From Pseudomonadota bacterium (lineage in GTDB: Bacteria; Pseudomonadota; Gammaproteobacteria; Steroidobacterales; Steroidobacteraceae): 64,000 nt of DNA. The position numbers and the translations under genes were made by a program. The DNA is taken from positions 5,424-69,423 of the forward strand of contig JAFEDU010000008.1 in the NCBI GenBank assembly GCA_018241425.1, in the 5' to 3' direction. Below are positions 17,661 through 25,608 of this stretch, piece by piece. The notes beneath the pieces were generated by a model. That model made no database searches and was not told the origin of the DNA. It was given only the letters and a program-made list of their open reading frames with translations. The stretch's first letter is position 1. Each line of letters begins with the position of its first letter.

Positions 17661-18245
17661 TCAGGCGAGCCGCGCGGCGAGCGCGGCGCGCAGCCGCGCC
17701 CAGTCGAAGGCCGGGCCGGGGTCGGTCTTGCGCCCCGGGGCCACGTCGCTGTGGCCGGCGATGTGCTCGGCCGAGAGCGAGGGATAGGCGGCGATCAACG
17801 CCGCGATGAGCGCCGTAAGGGTCCCGTACTGCACGTCGGTGTACGGCGTCTCGTCCGCCCCCTCCAGCTCGATCCCCACCGAGAAATCGTTGCACCCCTC
17901 GCGCCCCCGGTAGCGGGAGGCCCCGGCATGCCAGGCGCGCTTGCCGAACGGCACGTACTGGGTCACCGCGCCGTTACGGTCGATGACGACGTGCGAGGAG
18001 GCCTTGAGGCCCTCGATGCGCTTGAAGTAGGGATGCGCCTCCCACGGGAGGTTGCCGGTGAACAGGCGGTCGATCCACGGCCCGCCGAACTCCCCCGGCG
18101 GCAGGCTGATGCCGTGCAGCACGATGAGCTCGGGCGGGATGCCGCCCGGACGCTCGTTGAAGTACGGCGAGAGCACCTGGCGCGCGCCGACGAGGAGGCC
18201 CGTGGCCGTCTCGACCCGCAACTGCTGCGGCGCATCCGCACCCAT
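17661..18245 (-). CDS. ampD: 1,6-anhydro-N-acetylmuramyl-L-alanine amidase AmpD
   Basis: Amidase_2 motifs LIVLHGISLPPGEFGG, SSHVVIDRNGAVTQYV, RAWHAG and HSDVAPGRKTDPG. ATG 18245 is chosen (MGADAP); 18272 is an alternative. Confidence 0.9.
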   Translation of the reverse strand: MGADAPQQLRVETATGLLVGARQVLSPYFNERPGGIPPELIVLHGISLPPGEFGGPWIDRLFTGNLPWEAHPYFKRIEGLKASSHVVIDRNGAVTQYVPFGKRAWHAGASRYRGREGCNDFSVGIELEGADETPYTDVQYGTLTALIAALIAAYPSLSAEHIAGHSDVAPGRKTDPGPAFDWARLRAALAARLA

Positions 18246-18311
18246 GGGCCGTCCTGCACACCTCACGCGCACCGCGGGATGCGGCGCTGCCGATCATGAC
18301 ACAATTGGCCC

Positions 18312-19667
18312 ATGAGCTCCGCCAACACGCCCTGGATCGAGCGCGACCTCAAGCACGTGTGGCACCCGTGCACGCAGATGAAGGACCACGAGGGGCAGAT
18401 CCCCCTGATCCCGGTGCGCCGTGGCGCCGGCGCGTGGCTCGAGGACTACGACGGCCGGCGCTACCTGGACGCGGTGAGCTCCTGGTGGGTGAACCTCTTC
18501 GGGCACGCGCACCCGAAGATCAACGCCGCCGTGCGCGAGCAGCTCGAGCGCCTCGAGCAGGTGATCCTCGCCGGCTTCACCCACGAGCCGGTCATCGCGC
18601 TGTCCGAGGAGCTCACGCGCCGCGCCCCGCCCGGGCTCACGCGCTGCTTCTACGCCGACAACGGCTCCTCGGCCATCGAGGTGGCCGTGAAGATGAGCTT
18701 CCACTACTGGCGCAACCTCGGGCGCACCGGCAAGCGCCGCTTCATCACGCTCGCCAACAGCTACCACGGGGAGACCCTGGGCGCGCTCGCGGTCGGCAAC
18801 GTCGAGCTCTACAAGGAGATCTACCAGCCGCTCCTGATGGACGTCGTGACCGTGCCCTCCCCGGACTGCTACGGCCAGCCGCGCGCGTCCTGGGCCGCGC
18901 ACAGCCGTGCGCAGTTCCGCTTCATGGAGGAGGCCCTCGAGCGGCACGCGCACGAGAGCGCCGCGGTGATCCTGGAGCCCCTGGTGCAGTGCGCCGGCGG
19001 CATGCGCATGTACGACCCGGAGTACCTGAGGCTCCTGCGCGAGGCCTGCGACCGCCACCAGGTGCACCTGATCGCGGACGAGATCGCGGTCGGGTTCGGG
19101 CGCACCGGGACGCTGTTCGCCTGCGAGCAGGCCACCATCCGCCCCGACTTCATGTGCCTGTCCAAGGGCCTGACCGCCGGCTACCTGCCGCTCTCGACCG
19201 TGATCACCACCGAGGAGGTCTACCGGGCCTTCTACGACGAGTACGAGAAGCTGAACGCGTTCCTGCACTCCCACAGCTTCACCGGCAACCCGCTCGCCTG
19301 CGCCGCGGCGCGCGCCTGCCTCGCGCTCTTCGACGAGGAGGACGTGCTCACGGCCAACCGCGCGCGCGCCGCCCACCTCGGCGCCCGCGCGCGCGAGCTC
19401 GCCGACCTGCCGCACGTCGCCGAGGTGCGCCAGACCGGCATGATCGTCGCGGTGGAGATGGTGCGCGACAAGGCCCAGCGCACCCCCTACCCGTTCGCCG
19501 AGCGGCGCGGGCTCACCGTCTACCGCCACGCCCTCACGCGCGGGGTCGTGCTGCGCCCGATCGGCAACGTGGTGTACTTCATGCCGCCCTACGTGGTCAC
19601 ACCCGAGGAGATCGATCTCATGGTCGACGTCGCCCGCGAGGGAATCGAGCGTGCCACATGCGACTGA
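18312..19667 (+). CDS. bioA: adenosylmethionine-8-amino-7-oxononanoate aminotransferase
   Basis: 451 aa class III aminotransferase with WHPCTQM, SSWWVNLFGH, DEIAVGFGRTGTLFA and LSKGLTAGYLPLS (PLP Lys). Confidence 0.95.
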   Translation: MSSANTPWIERDLKHVWHPCTQMKDHEGQIPLIPVRRGAGAWLEDYDGRRYLDAVSSWWVNLFGHAHPKINAAVREQLERLEQVILAGFTHEPVIALSEELTRRAPPGLTRCFYADNGSSAIEVAVKMSFHYWRNLGRTGKRRFITLANSYHGETLGALAVGNVELYKEIYQPLLMDVVTVPSPDCYGQPRASWAAHSRAQFRFMEEALERHAHESAAVILEPLVQCAGGMRMYDPEYLRLLREACDRHQVHLIADEIAVGFGRTGTLFACEQATIRPDFMCLSKGLTAGYLPLSTVITTEEVYRAFYDEYEKLNAFLHSHSFTGNPLACAAARACLALFDEEDVLTANRARAAHLGARARELADLPHVAEVRQTGMIVAVEMVRDKAQRTPYPFAERRGLTVYRHALTRGVVLRPIGNVVYFMPPYVVTPEEIDLMVDVAREGIERATCD

Positions 19668-20389
19668 GCCGGGTGTACGTGGACGCACCGCTCGGGAGCG
19701 GCGCGCGCGTCCAGCTCACCGGCAGCGCCGCCGGCCACGTGGTGCGCGTGCTGCGGCTGCGCGCCGGGGATGCGGTCACGCTGTTCAACGGCACCGGCAC
19801 CGAGTTCGCCGGCCGGATCGAGAGCGCGCGCGGCACCGAGGTGCACGTGCTGGTGGGCGAGGACCGGCAGATCCGCCGCGAGTCCCCGCTCCCGCTCACC
19901 CTCGCCCAGGGCGTCTCGCGCGGCGAGCGCATGGACATGGTGGTGCAGAAGGCCACCGAGCTCGGCGCCACCGACCTCGTGCCGGTGCTCACCGAGCGCA
20001 GCGTGGTGAAGCTCGATGCCGCCCAGGCCGCGCGCCGCCTCACGCACTGGCGCGCGATCGCCATCGCCGCCTGCGAGCAGAGCGGCCGCAACCGGCCGCC
20101 GGGACTCACCGCGCCGCAGTCGCTGAAGGACCTACTCGCGCAGGCGCCCGCCGAGGCCACCCGCCTGGTGCTCACGCCAAGCTCACGCCTGCGCATCCCC
20201 GACGTGCCGCCCCCGAAGCACGGCGTGTGGGTGCTCATAGGCCCCGAGGGCGGCCTCACCGAGGAGGAGCAGGAGCGCGCGGTCGCGGCGGGCTTCATCG
20301 GCGTGCGCTTAGGCCCGCGCATCCTGCGCACCGAGACGGCCGCGTTTGCGGCCCTCACCCTCCTGCAGCGCGAGTTCGGGGACCTCTAG
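19658..20389 (+). CDS. rsmE: 16S rRNA (uracil1498-N3)-methyltransferase
   Basis: ATG 19658 (MRLSRVYV) overlaps the bioA end by 10 nt. C-terminal LIGPEGGLTEEE ... RILRTETA motif of RsmE. Confidence 0.9.
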   Translation: MRLSRVYVDAPLGSGARVQLTGSAAGHVVRVLRLRAGDAVTLFNGTGTEFAGRIESARGTEVHVLVGEDRQIRRESPLPLTLAQGVSRGERMDMVVQKATELGATDLVPVLTERSVVKLDAAQAARRLTHWRAIAIAACEQSGRNRPPGLTAPQSLKDLLAQAPAEATRLVLTPSSRLRIPDVPPPKHGVWVLIGPEGGLTEEEQERAVAAGFIGVRLGPRILRTETAAFAALTLLQREFGDL

Positions 20390-20565
20390 GGCGGCCTCCG
20401 GGCTTTATGTAGAACCGGCGGCCCGCAGTCGAGCACCGAAACGCAGAACTTGGTACCTTCTCCCCCCTAAACGGGGGCGCCAGGACGGTGCCGCACTGCG
20501 GAGCCTTCCATCAGCAGGACGCCCCGCCGCCACAACAAGATCACGGGGATCCCGCGCTTTTTCCG

Positions 20566-22923
20566 ATGATGAAGTCTGCCCGTCGCGCCGGCGTGCCCGG
20601 CCGTATTGCCACGATCCTGTTCGTCGTGTGCGCAGCGCTCGCACCGCTGTCGGGCGCCTATGCCCAGAGCTCGGACCCCGCCGATGCCGTGTGCCCGCGC
20701 TCGGCGCCGGGTGCTGCGCTGCCGGCGCCCGCGGACCTGTACCCGAGCAACCACGCGCTTGAGCTCACCCTCACCCTGAAGACCGTGACCGACGCTGCGG
20801 GACTCGTGCGCTACTGCTACCTGAGCGATGCCGGCTACGAGTCCCCCAACCTGCACGTCAGTCCCGGCGACCAGCTCACCATCCACCTGGTGAACGCCCT
20901 GCCGGCCACCGGGGGCACCGGCGCCTCTTCCGACTGCAGCAACGACCCGATGGGGCCGTCGACCACGAACCTGCACTTCCACGGCCTGAACCTGCCACCG
21001 ACCTGCCACCAGGACGACGTGCTGAACGTGCTGGTGCAGCCGCAGACGACCTTCAACTACTCGGTCCAGATCCCGGCGGATGAGCCGCCGGGGATGTACT
21101 GGTACCACCCGCACCCGCACGGCTTCAGCGAGGCGCAGGTGCTGGGAGGCGCGGCCGGCGCGCTCATCGTAGACGGCATCGACACCGCCGTGCCGGCCAC
21201 CGCCGGCCTCACCCAGCGCGTGTTCGTGCTGCGCGACCAGCGGCACCCGGGCACGCCCGCCCCGGGCCAGCCGCGCCTGGACCTGTCGGTGAACTTCGTG
21301 CCCGTGCCCTCGCCGTCCTATGTGGCGCCGGTGCTCGCCACCCCCGCCGGCGCGCAGGAGCTGTGGCGGGTGCTCAATGCCTCCGCGGACGAAATCCTCG
21401 ACCTGCAGTACCAGGTGAACGGCACGGCGCAGCCCGTGCAGATCGTGTCGGTCGACGGCATCCCGGTCGGCCAGGGCACGACCGGCACGCTGCAGCCGGT
21501 CACCGACACCCACGTGATGCTGCCGGCCGGGGCGCGCGCGGAAATCATCGTCACGACGCCCGCCGCCGGGGCCAGCGGGCAGCTGGTGACGCTCGCGGTG
21601 AACTCAGGCGGCGGCTTCCTCTATCCCGCCCGTCCGCTCGTCAACCTGACCCCCGCCGCCGGCGGCAGCAGCAGTTCCGCCACGGGCGTGCGCCGCCGGG
21701 TGCGCACCCTGCCGCGCATGCGCTTTGCAGGCCTGTCCGCCGCGAGCCCCGACGCGCAGCGCCTCTTGTACTTCTCGGAAGGCCCCGAGGCGAACGGCCA
21801 CTTCGGCTACTACATCACCCTCGACGGCCAGACGCCCAAGTCCTTCGCCATGTCCGACCCGCCGGCCCTGGTCCTGCGCCAGGGGACGGTCGAGGACTGG
21901 ACGATCGAGAACCGCTCCAACGAGGACCACGTCTTCCACATCCACCAGCTGCACTTCCAGGTGCTGGCGGCGAACGGGACGGCGGTCACCGACAACGCGC
22001 TGCGCGACACGGTGAACGTGCCGCACTGGAGCGGCACCGGTGCCTACCCGAGCGTGACGCTGCGGATGGACTTCCGCGACCCGGGCATCGTGGGCACCTT
22101 CGTGTACCACTGCCACCTGCTCGCGCACGAGGACAACGGCATGATGGCGGCGCTGCAGCTGCTGCCGGCCGGCATCACGACGCAGACCGTGCTCGCAAGC
22201 TCGGCGGCCAGCGTGCTCGCGCAGGCCCCGCTCACCCTCACCGCCACCGTCAATGCGAGCGGCGCCACCGCGGCCGGCGGCACCGTGCAGTTCAGCCTCG
22301 ACGGCGCCCCGCTCGGCGCGGCGGTCACCGTGGTCAACGGCCAGGCGGTCCTGAAGACGCAGGTCGCCGCCGGCGGTGCGCACACCCTCACGGCGGCGTA
22401 CTCGGGCGATGCGACCCACAACGAGTCGCTGTCGGCCGGCCTCGCCCTCGCCGTGCAGGACTTCACGGTCAACGTCGCGGCGATCAGCATCCCGTCCGCC
22501 GGGCAGAACGGCACCGCGCCCGTCACGATCGGCGCCCTGGGCGGGTTCACCGGGAATGTCGCGCTCGCCTGCACGCTGCCCGGCGAACTCACCGCGGCCC
22601 ACTGCAGCATCAGCCCGGGGAGCATCGCCGGCAGCGGCCAGGCGACGCTGACCATCCAGACCAGCGCCGGTTACACCGCGGCCCTGGGACGGCTCGCACC
22701 CCCGGGGCTCGCGCTCCTCGCGCTCCTGACGGTCCGGGTGCGCCGCCGCCGCCTGCTGCGGCTCGCCTGGCTCACCGTGCCGCTGTTCCTCCTCGGCTGC
22801 GGGGGCGGGGACTCGAGCCCGCCCACGCCGTCCGGTGACTACACGGTCACGGTGACCGCGCAGACGACCGTCGGTGGCGTGCAGCTCACCCACCAGGTGC
22901 AGACCCCCTGTACAGTGCACTGA
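20566..22923 (+). CDS. secreted multicopper oxidase with C-terminal Ig-like repeats and a hydrophobic/Arg-rich tail
   Basis: ATG 20566 (MMKSARRAGVPGRIATILFVVCAALAPLSGAYA). Copper ligand motifs HFHGL, WYHPHPHG, HIHQLHF and HCHLLAHEDNGMM. Ig-like repeat GTVQFSLDGAPLG...AHTLTAAYSGDATH. Tail LALLALLTVRVRRRRLLRLAWLTVPLFLLGCGGG. Confidence 0.85.
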   Translation: MMKSARRAGVPGRIATILFVVCAALAPLSGAYAQSSDPADAVCPRSAPGAALPAPADLYPSNHALELTLTLKTVTDAAGLVRYCYLSDAGYESPNLHVSPGDQLTIHLVNALPATGGTGASSDCSNDPMGPSTTNLHFHGLNLPPTCHQDDVLNVLVQPQTTFNYSVQIPADEPPGMYWYHPHPHGFSEAQVLGGAAGALIVDGIDTAVPATAGLTQRVFVLRDQRHPGTPAPGQPRLDLSVNFVPVPSPSYVAPVLATPAGAQELWRVLNASADEILDLQYQVNGTAQPVQIVSVDGIPVGQGTTGTLQPVTDTHVMLPAGARAEIIVTTPAAGASGQLVTLAVNSGGGFLYPARPLVNLTPAAGGSSSSATGVRRRVRTLPRMRFAGLSAASPDAQRLLYFSEGPEANGHFGYYITLDGQTPKSFAMSDPPALVLRQGTVEDWTIENRSNEDHVFHIHQLHFQVLAANGTAVTDNALRDTVNVPHWSGTGAYPSVTLRMDFRDPGIVGTFVYHCHLLAHEDNGMMAALQLLPAGITTQTVLASSAASVLAQAPLTLTATVNASGATAAGGTVQFSLDGAPLGAAVTVVNGQAVLKTQVAAGGAHTLTAAYSGDATHNESLSAGLALAVQDFTVNVAAISIPSAGQNGTAPVTIGALGGFTGNVALACTLPGELTAAHCSISPGSIAGSGQATLTIQTSAGYTAALGRLAPPGLALLALLTVRVRRRRLLRLAWLTVPLFLLGCGGGDSSPPTPSGDYTVTVTAQTTVGGVQLTHQVQTPCTVH

Positions 22924-22953
22924 CCGCGGCCGCCCGAGGCTAAGGAGCGGAAG

Positions 22954-24369
22954 GTGAGTTCACCGGATCCCCTGAAGGGCCGCCGCCGGCTGCGGATCGG
23001 CATCGGCGCGCTGCTCATGATCCTCGCCGTTCTGGTCCTCGTCGTGCGTCCCGACCGCGCAGCCCGCGTCGGGGCCGGTCTTGCCGCGCACCTCGCCTGC
23101 TCGATGCACTACGTGAGCGGCCAGGGCCCGCAGGCGAGCGAGGAGATGCTGCGCGCGATGGCGGGCCCCCTGGCCCACCTCATCGGCAGCCGCCTCACCG
23201 GCGAGCCGCCGGGCGCGAGCGGCTCGTTCCTCGGCATCACGCTCGCGCACGCGAGCTACACGCCCGGCTACGGCTGCCGCCTGGACTATCCCGGCCAGCT
23301 GCCCGCGCCCCCGGCCCGCGCCGCGGAGGCGGAACCGGCGGCGGATGACTTCGCGAGCGCGGACCACCTCGTGATGCCCGCGAGCCCCGCGCTGGCGCAG
23401 GCGCTCGAGGGCGTGTTCGCGGAGCATCCCGGCCAGAGCGCCAAGCACGTGAAGGCCGTGGTGGTCGTCGCCCACGACCGCGTGATCGCGGAGCGCTACG
23501 CGGACGGGGTGGGCCCGCAGACCCCGCTCCTGTCCTGGTCGGTCGCGAAGTCGCTGGTGAACGCGCTGGCCGGCATCCTGGTGCGCCAGGGCCGGCTCGC
23601 GACCGCAGCCCCGCTGTCGCCCCCGGAGTGGCGCAGCCCGGGCGACCCGCGCGCGGGCATCACGATCGAGGACCTGATGCGCATGCAGAGCGGCCTTGCC
23701 GCCCTCGAGAGCGGCTCGCCGGGGGACCCCGTGGCGCGCATGGAGTTCACGCAGGGCGACATGGCCGGCTTCGCCGCCTCGCTCCCGCCGCGCATCGCGC
23801 CGGCCCGCACCTTCGAGTACACCTCCGCCGACACGCTGCTCGTGGCGCGGCGCGTGGGCGAGCTGATCGGCGGGGGCGCCGCGGGCGTGCGCAACTTCGC
23901 GGAGCGCGAGCTGTTCGCACCGCTGCACATGCACCACGTCACGCTCGAGTTCGACGGCGCCGGCACGTTCGTCGGTGCCTCCTTCGCCTGGGCACCCGCG
24001 CGCGACTACGCCCGCTTCGGCACGCTCTACCTGCATGATGGGGCGACGCCCCAGGGGCAGCGCATCCTGCCACCCGGCTGGGTGGCGTGGTCGGCGCACT
24101 CGCAGCTCGGCGCACCCTACGGGGCGGGCTTCTGGACCAACGACGGCGACAGCCACTTCGCGCGGCTGCGGATCAAGGACGGGTTCCCGAAGGACGGGTT
24201 CTTCTCGAGCGGCGTCCTCGGGCAGCGCATCTACATCGTGCCCTCGGCGCAGGTCGTGGTGGCGCGCTTCGGCGACTCGGCGCCGCCGGACTACGGCATT
24301 GAGGACGACCTGCCGCTGATCGCGGCCGCCATCCACGAAGCCTCCCGACTGCAGAACCAGGCCGAGTGA
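22954..24369 (+). CDS. serine hydrolase, beta-lactamase/transpeptidase-like family
   Basis: GTG start after AAGGAG. N-terminal TM segment. S-x-x-K motif in LLSWSVAKSLVNAL. 471 aa. Confidence 0.85.
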   Translation: MSSPDPLKGRRRLRIGIGALLMILAVLVLVVRPDRAARVGAGLAAHLACSMHYVSGQGPQASEEMLRAMAGPLAHLIGSRLTGEPPGASGSFLGITLAHASYTPGYGCRLDYPGQLPAPPARAAEAEPAADDFASADHLVMPASPALAQALEGVFAEHPGQSAKHVKAVVVVAHDRVIAERYADGVGPQTPLLSWSVAKSLVNALAGILVRQGRLATAAPLSPPEWRSPGDPRAGITIEDLMRMQSGLAALESGSPGDPVARMEFTQGDMAGFAASLPPRIAPARTFEYTSADTLLVARRVGELIGGGAAGVRNFAERELFAPLHMHHVTLEFDGAGTFVGASFAWAPARDYARFGTLYLHDGATPQGQRILPPGWVAWSAHSQLGAPYGAGFWTNDGDSHFARLRIKDGFPKDGFFSSGVLGQRIYIVPSAQVVVARFGDSAPPDYGIEDDLPLIAAAIHEASRLQNQAE

Positions 24370-24390
24370 CCCTGCGGCCTTAAGGCCGCT

Positions 24391-25098
24391 TCAGTCGCCG
24401 CCCCCGCCACACCCACCGCCGCAGCCGTGCCCCCCACAGCTGTGGCCGCCGCAGGAGTGCCCGCCCGAGCCCGAGCCGCTGGAGTCCCCTGCGGTGCCCC
24501 CGCAGGCGGTCGCCGCACAATCCGATCCTGAAGCGGCCGCATCCGGGGCACGCCGCGCCGCGGCCGCGAGCTCGTGCGTCAGGTAGCGCGTGCCGCCGGT
24601 AACGGCGAGCTTCTCGTCGATGGCGAACAACAGCGGCAGCCGCGTGGGTCGCTGCGGGTTGATGTTCTCCTCCAGGCACGCGAAGCGGAACGTGACGCGC
24701 ATCGCCGTGTCGATCGCCTGCCCCCGGGGCGTCATCGCCGCGGGCACGTGATGGAAGAACCCGCCGAACGCGCCACCGCAGAAGCGCTGGTAGGCCCGGG
24801 TGTCGAGGATGAACTCGTGCCACAGGTCATCGACCACCCGCGAGGGCATGCCGATCAGGCGCCGGCCGGCGCGCGCGCGCACCAGGAAGAACTCGCGCAG
24901 CGCCCGGGCGACGAGGAAGTAGTCCTTCTCGGTGAGCTGCGGGTGGAGCTTGGCGAGCGACTGCAGCAGCGCCTCGGGGAATACGTACTGGCGGATGAAG
25001 CGCTCGCGCTTCAGGCGGCGCGCATTGCGCGCCTGCACCACGAGCCCCGCCGCGAGGAACAGGCAGAGGATCGCCAGCGGGAACACCAGGTCGTGCAT
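24391..25098 (-). CDS. membrane protein with a GRDP/DUF1399-like core and a Gly/Cys/His-rich C-terminal tail
   Basis: 235 aa. N-terminal TM helix FPLAILCLFLAAGLVV. Core motif VVDDLWHEFILDTRAYQRFC...FFHHVP. Tail SGSGSGGHSCGGHSCGGHGCGGGCGGGGD. Lies 31 nt downstream of chpC on the same strand. Confidence 0.7.
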   Translation of the reverse strand: MHDLVFPLAILCLFLAAGLVVQARNARRLKRERFIRQYVFPEALLQSLAKLHPQLTEKDYFLVARALREFFLVRARAGRRLIGMPSRVVDDLWHEFILDTRAYQRFCGGAFGGFFHHVPAAMTPRGQAIDTAMRVTFRFACLEENINPQRPTRLPLLFAIDEKLAVTGGTRYLTHELAAAARRAPDAAASGSDCAATACGGTAGDSSGSGSGGHSCGGHSCGGHGCGGGCGGGGD

Positions 25099-25129
25099 GG
25101 CCTTGCCCTGAAGGCCCGCGGAGGCCCGG

Positions 25130-25606
25130 TCAGCCCGGGCTGATGCTGGTCTCTTCCGCGATCATCTCCTCCAGGCGCTGCAGGTCCGGGACCAGTGGGG
25201 TCTCGTTGACCATGCGGATCTGGCAGATGACCGGGGCGCGGTCGGGGAAGACCCGCGAGTTGTCCGGGCGCACCACGTCGCTGCTGACCCGCACCAGCTG
25301 CGGGAACCCCTGGCTCACGAGCGCGAAGTTGCCGCCCTCGATCTGGGTGCCGAGCGCATGCAGGATGACGATGCGGGTGCGTCCGGAGGCCGGCGGGATC
25401 ATCTGCCCGCAAGCGCCCTCGAAGGAGATGAGCGGCACCGCGCGGCCGTTCCAGGGCACGGTGCCGATGTACCAGGGCGGCGCCCCGGTCATCTCGGACG
25501 GGGTCTGGAACCCGATGACCTCCGCGACGCAGGCGCGCGGGATGATCAGGCGCCCGTCGACCAGCGGGACCAGGAGGCTGTAGATCTCCGCGACGCGCTC
25601 GGCCAT
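25130..25606 (-). CDS. chpC: CheW-like coupling protein (ChpC type)
   Basis: 158 aa, CheW-like fold pattern (LLVPLVDGRLIIPRACVAEVI ... WNGRAVPLISFE). Immediately follows chpA. Confidence 0.85.
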   Translation of the reverse strand: MAERVAEIYSLLVPLVDGRLIIPRACVAEVIGFQTPSEMTGAPPWYIGTVPWNGRAVPLISFEGACGQMIPPASGRTRIVILHALGTQIEGGNFALVSQGFPQLVRVSSDVVRPDNSRVFPDRAPVICQIRMVNETPLVPDLQRLEEMIAEETSISPG

Positions 25607-25608
25607 GG

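Noticed and set aside
24374-24389. Perfect palindrome GCGGCCTTAAGGCCGC between the convergent serine hydrolase and GRDP-like genes, considered as a bidirectional terminator.
   Set aside because: There is no U-tract on either side. It may act as a hairpin or stabiliser, but it cannot be called an intrinsic terminator from sequence alone.
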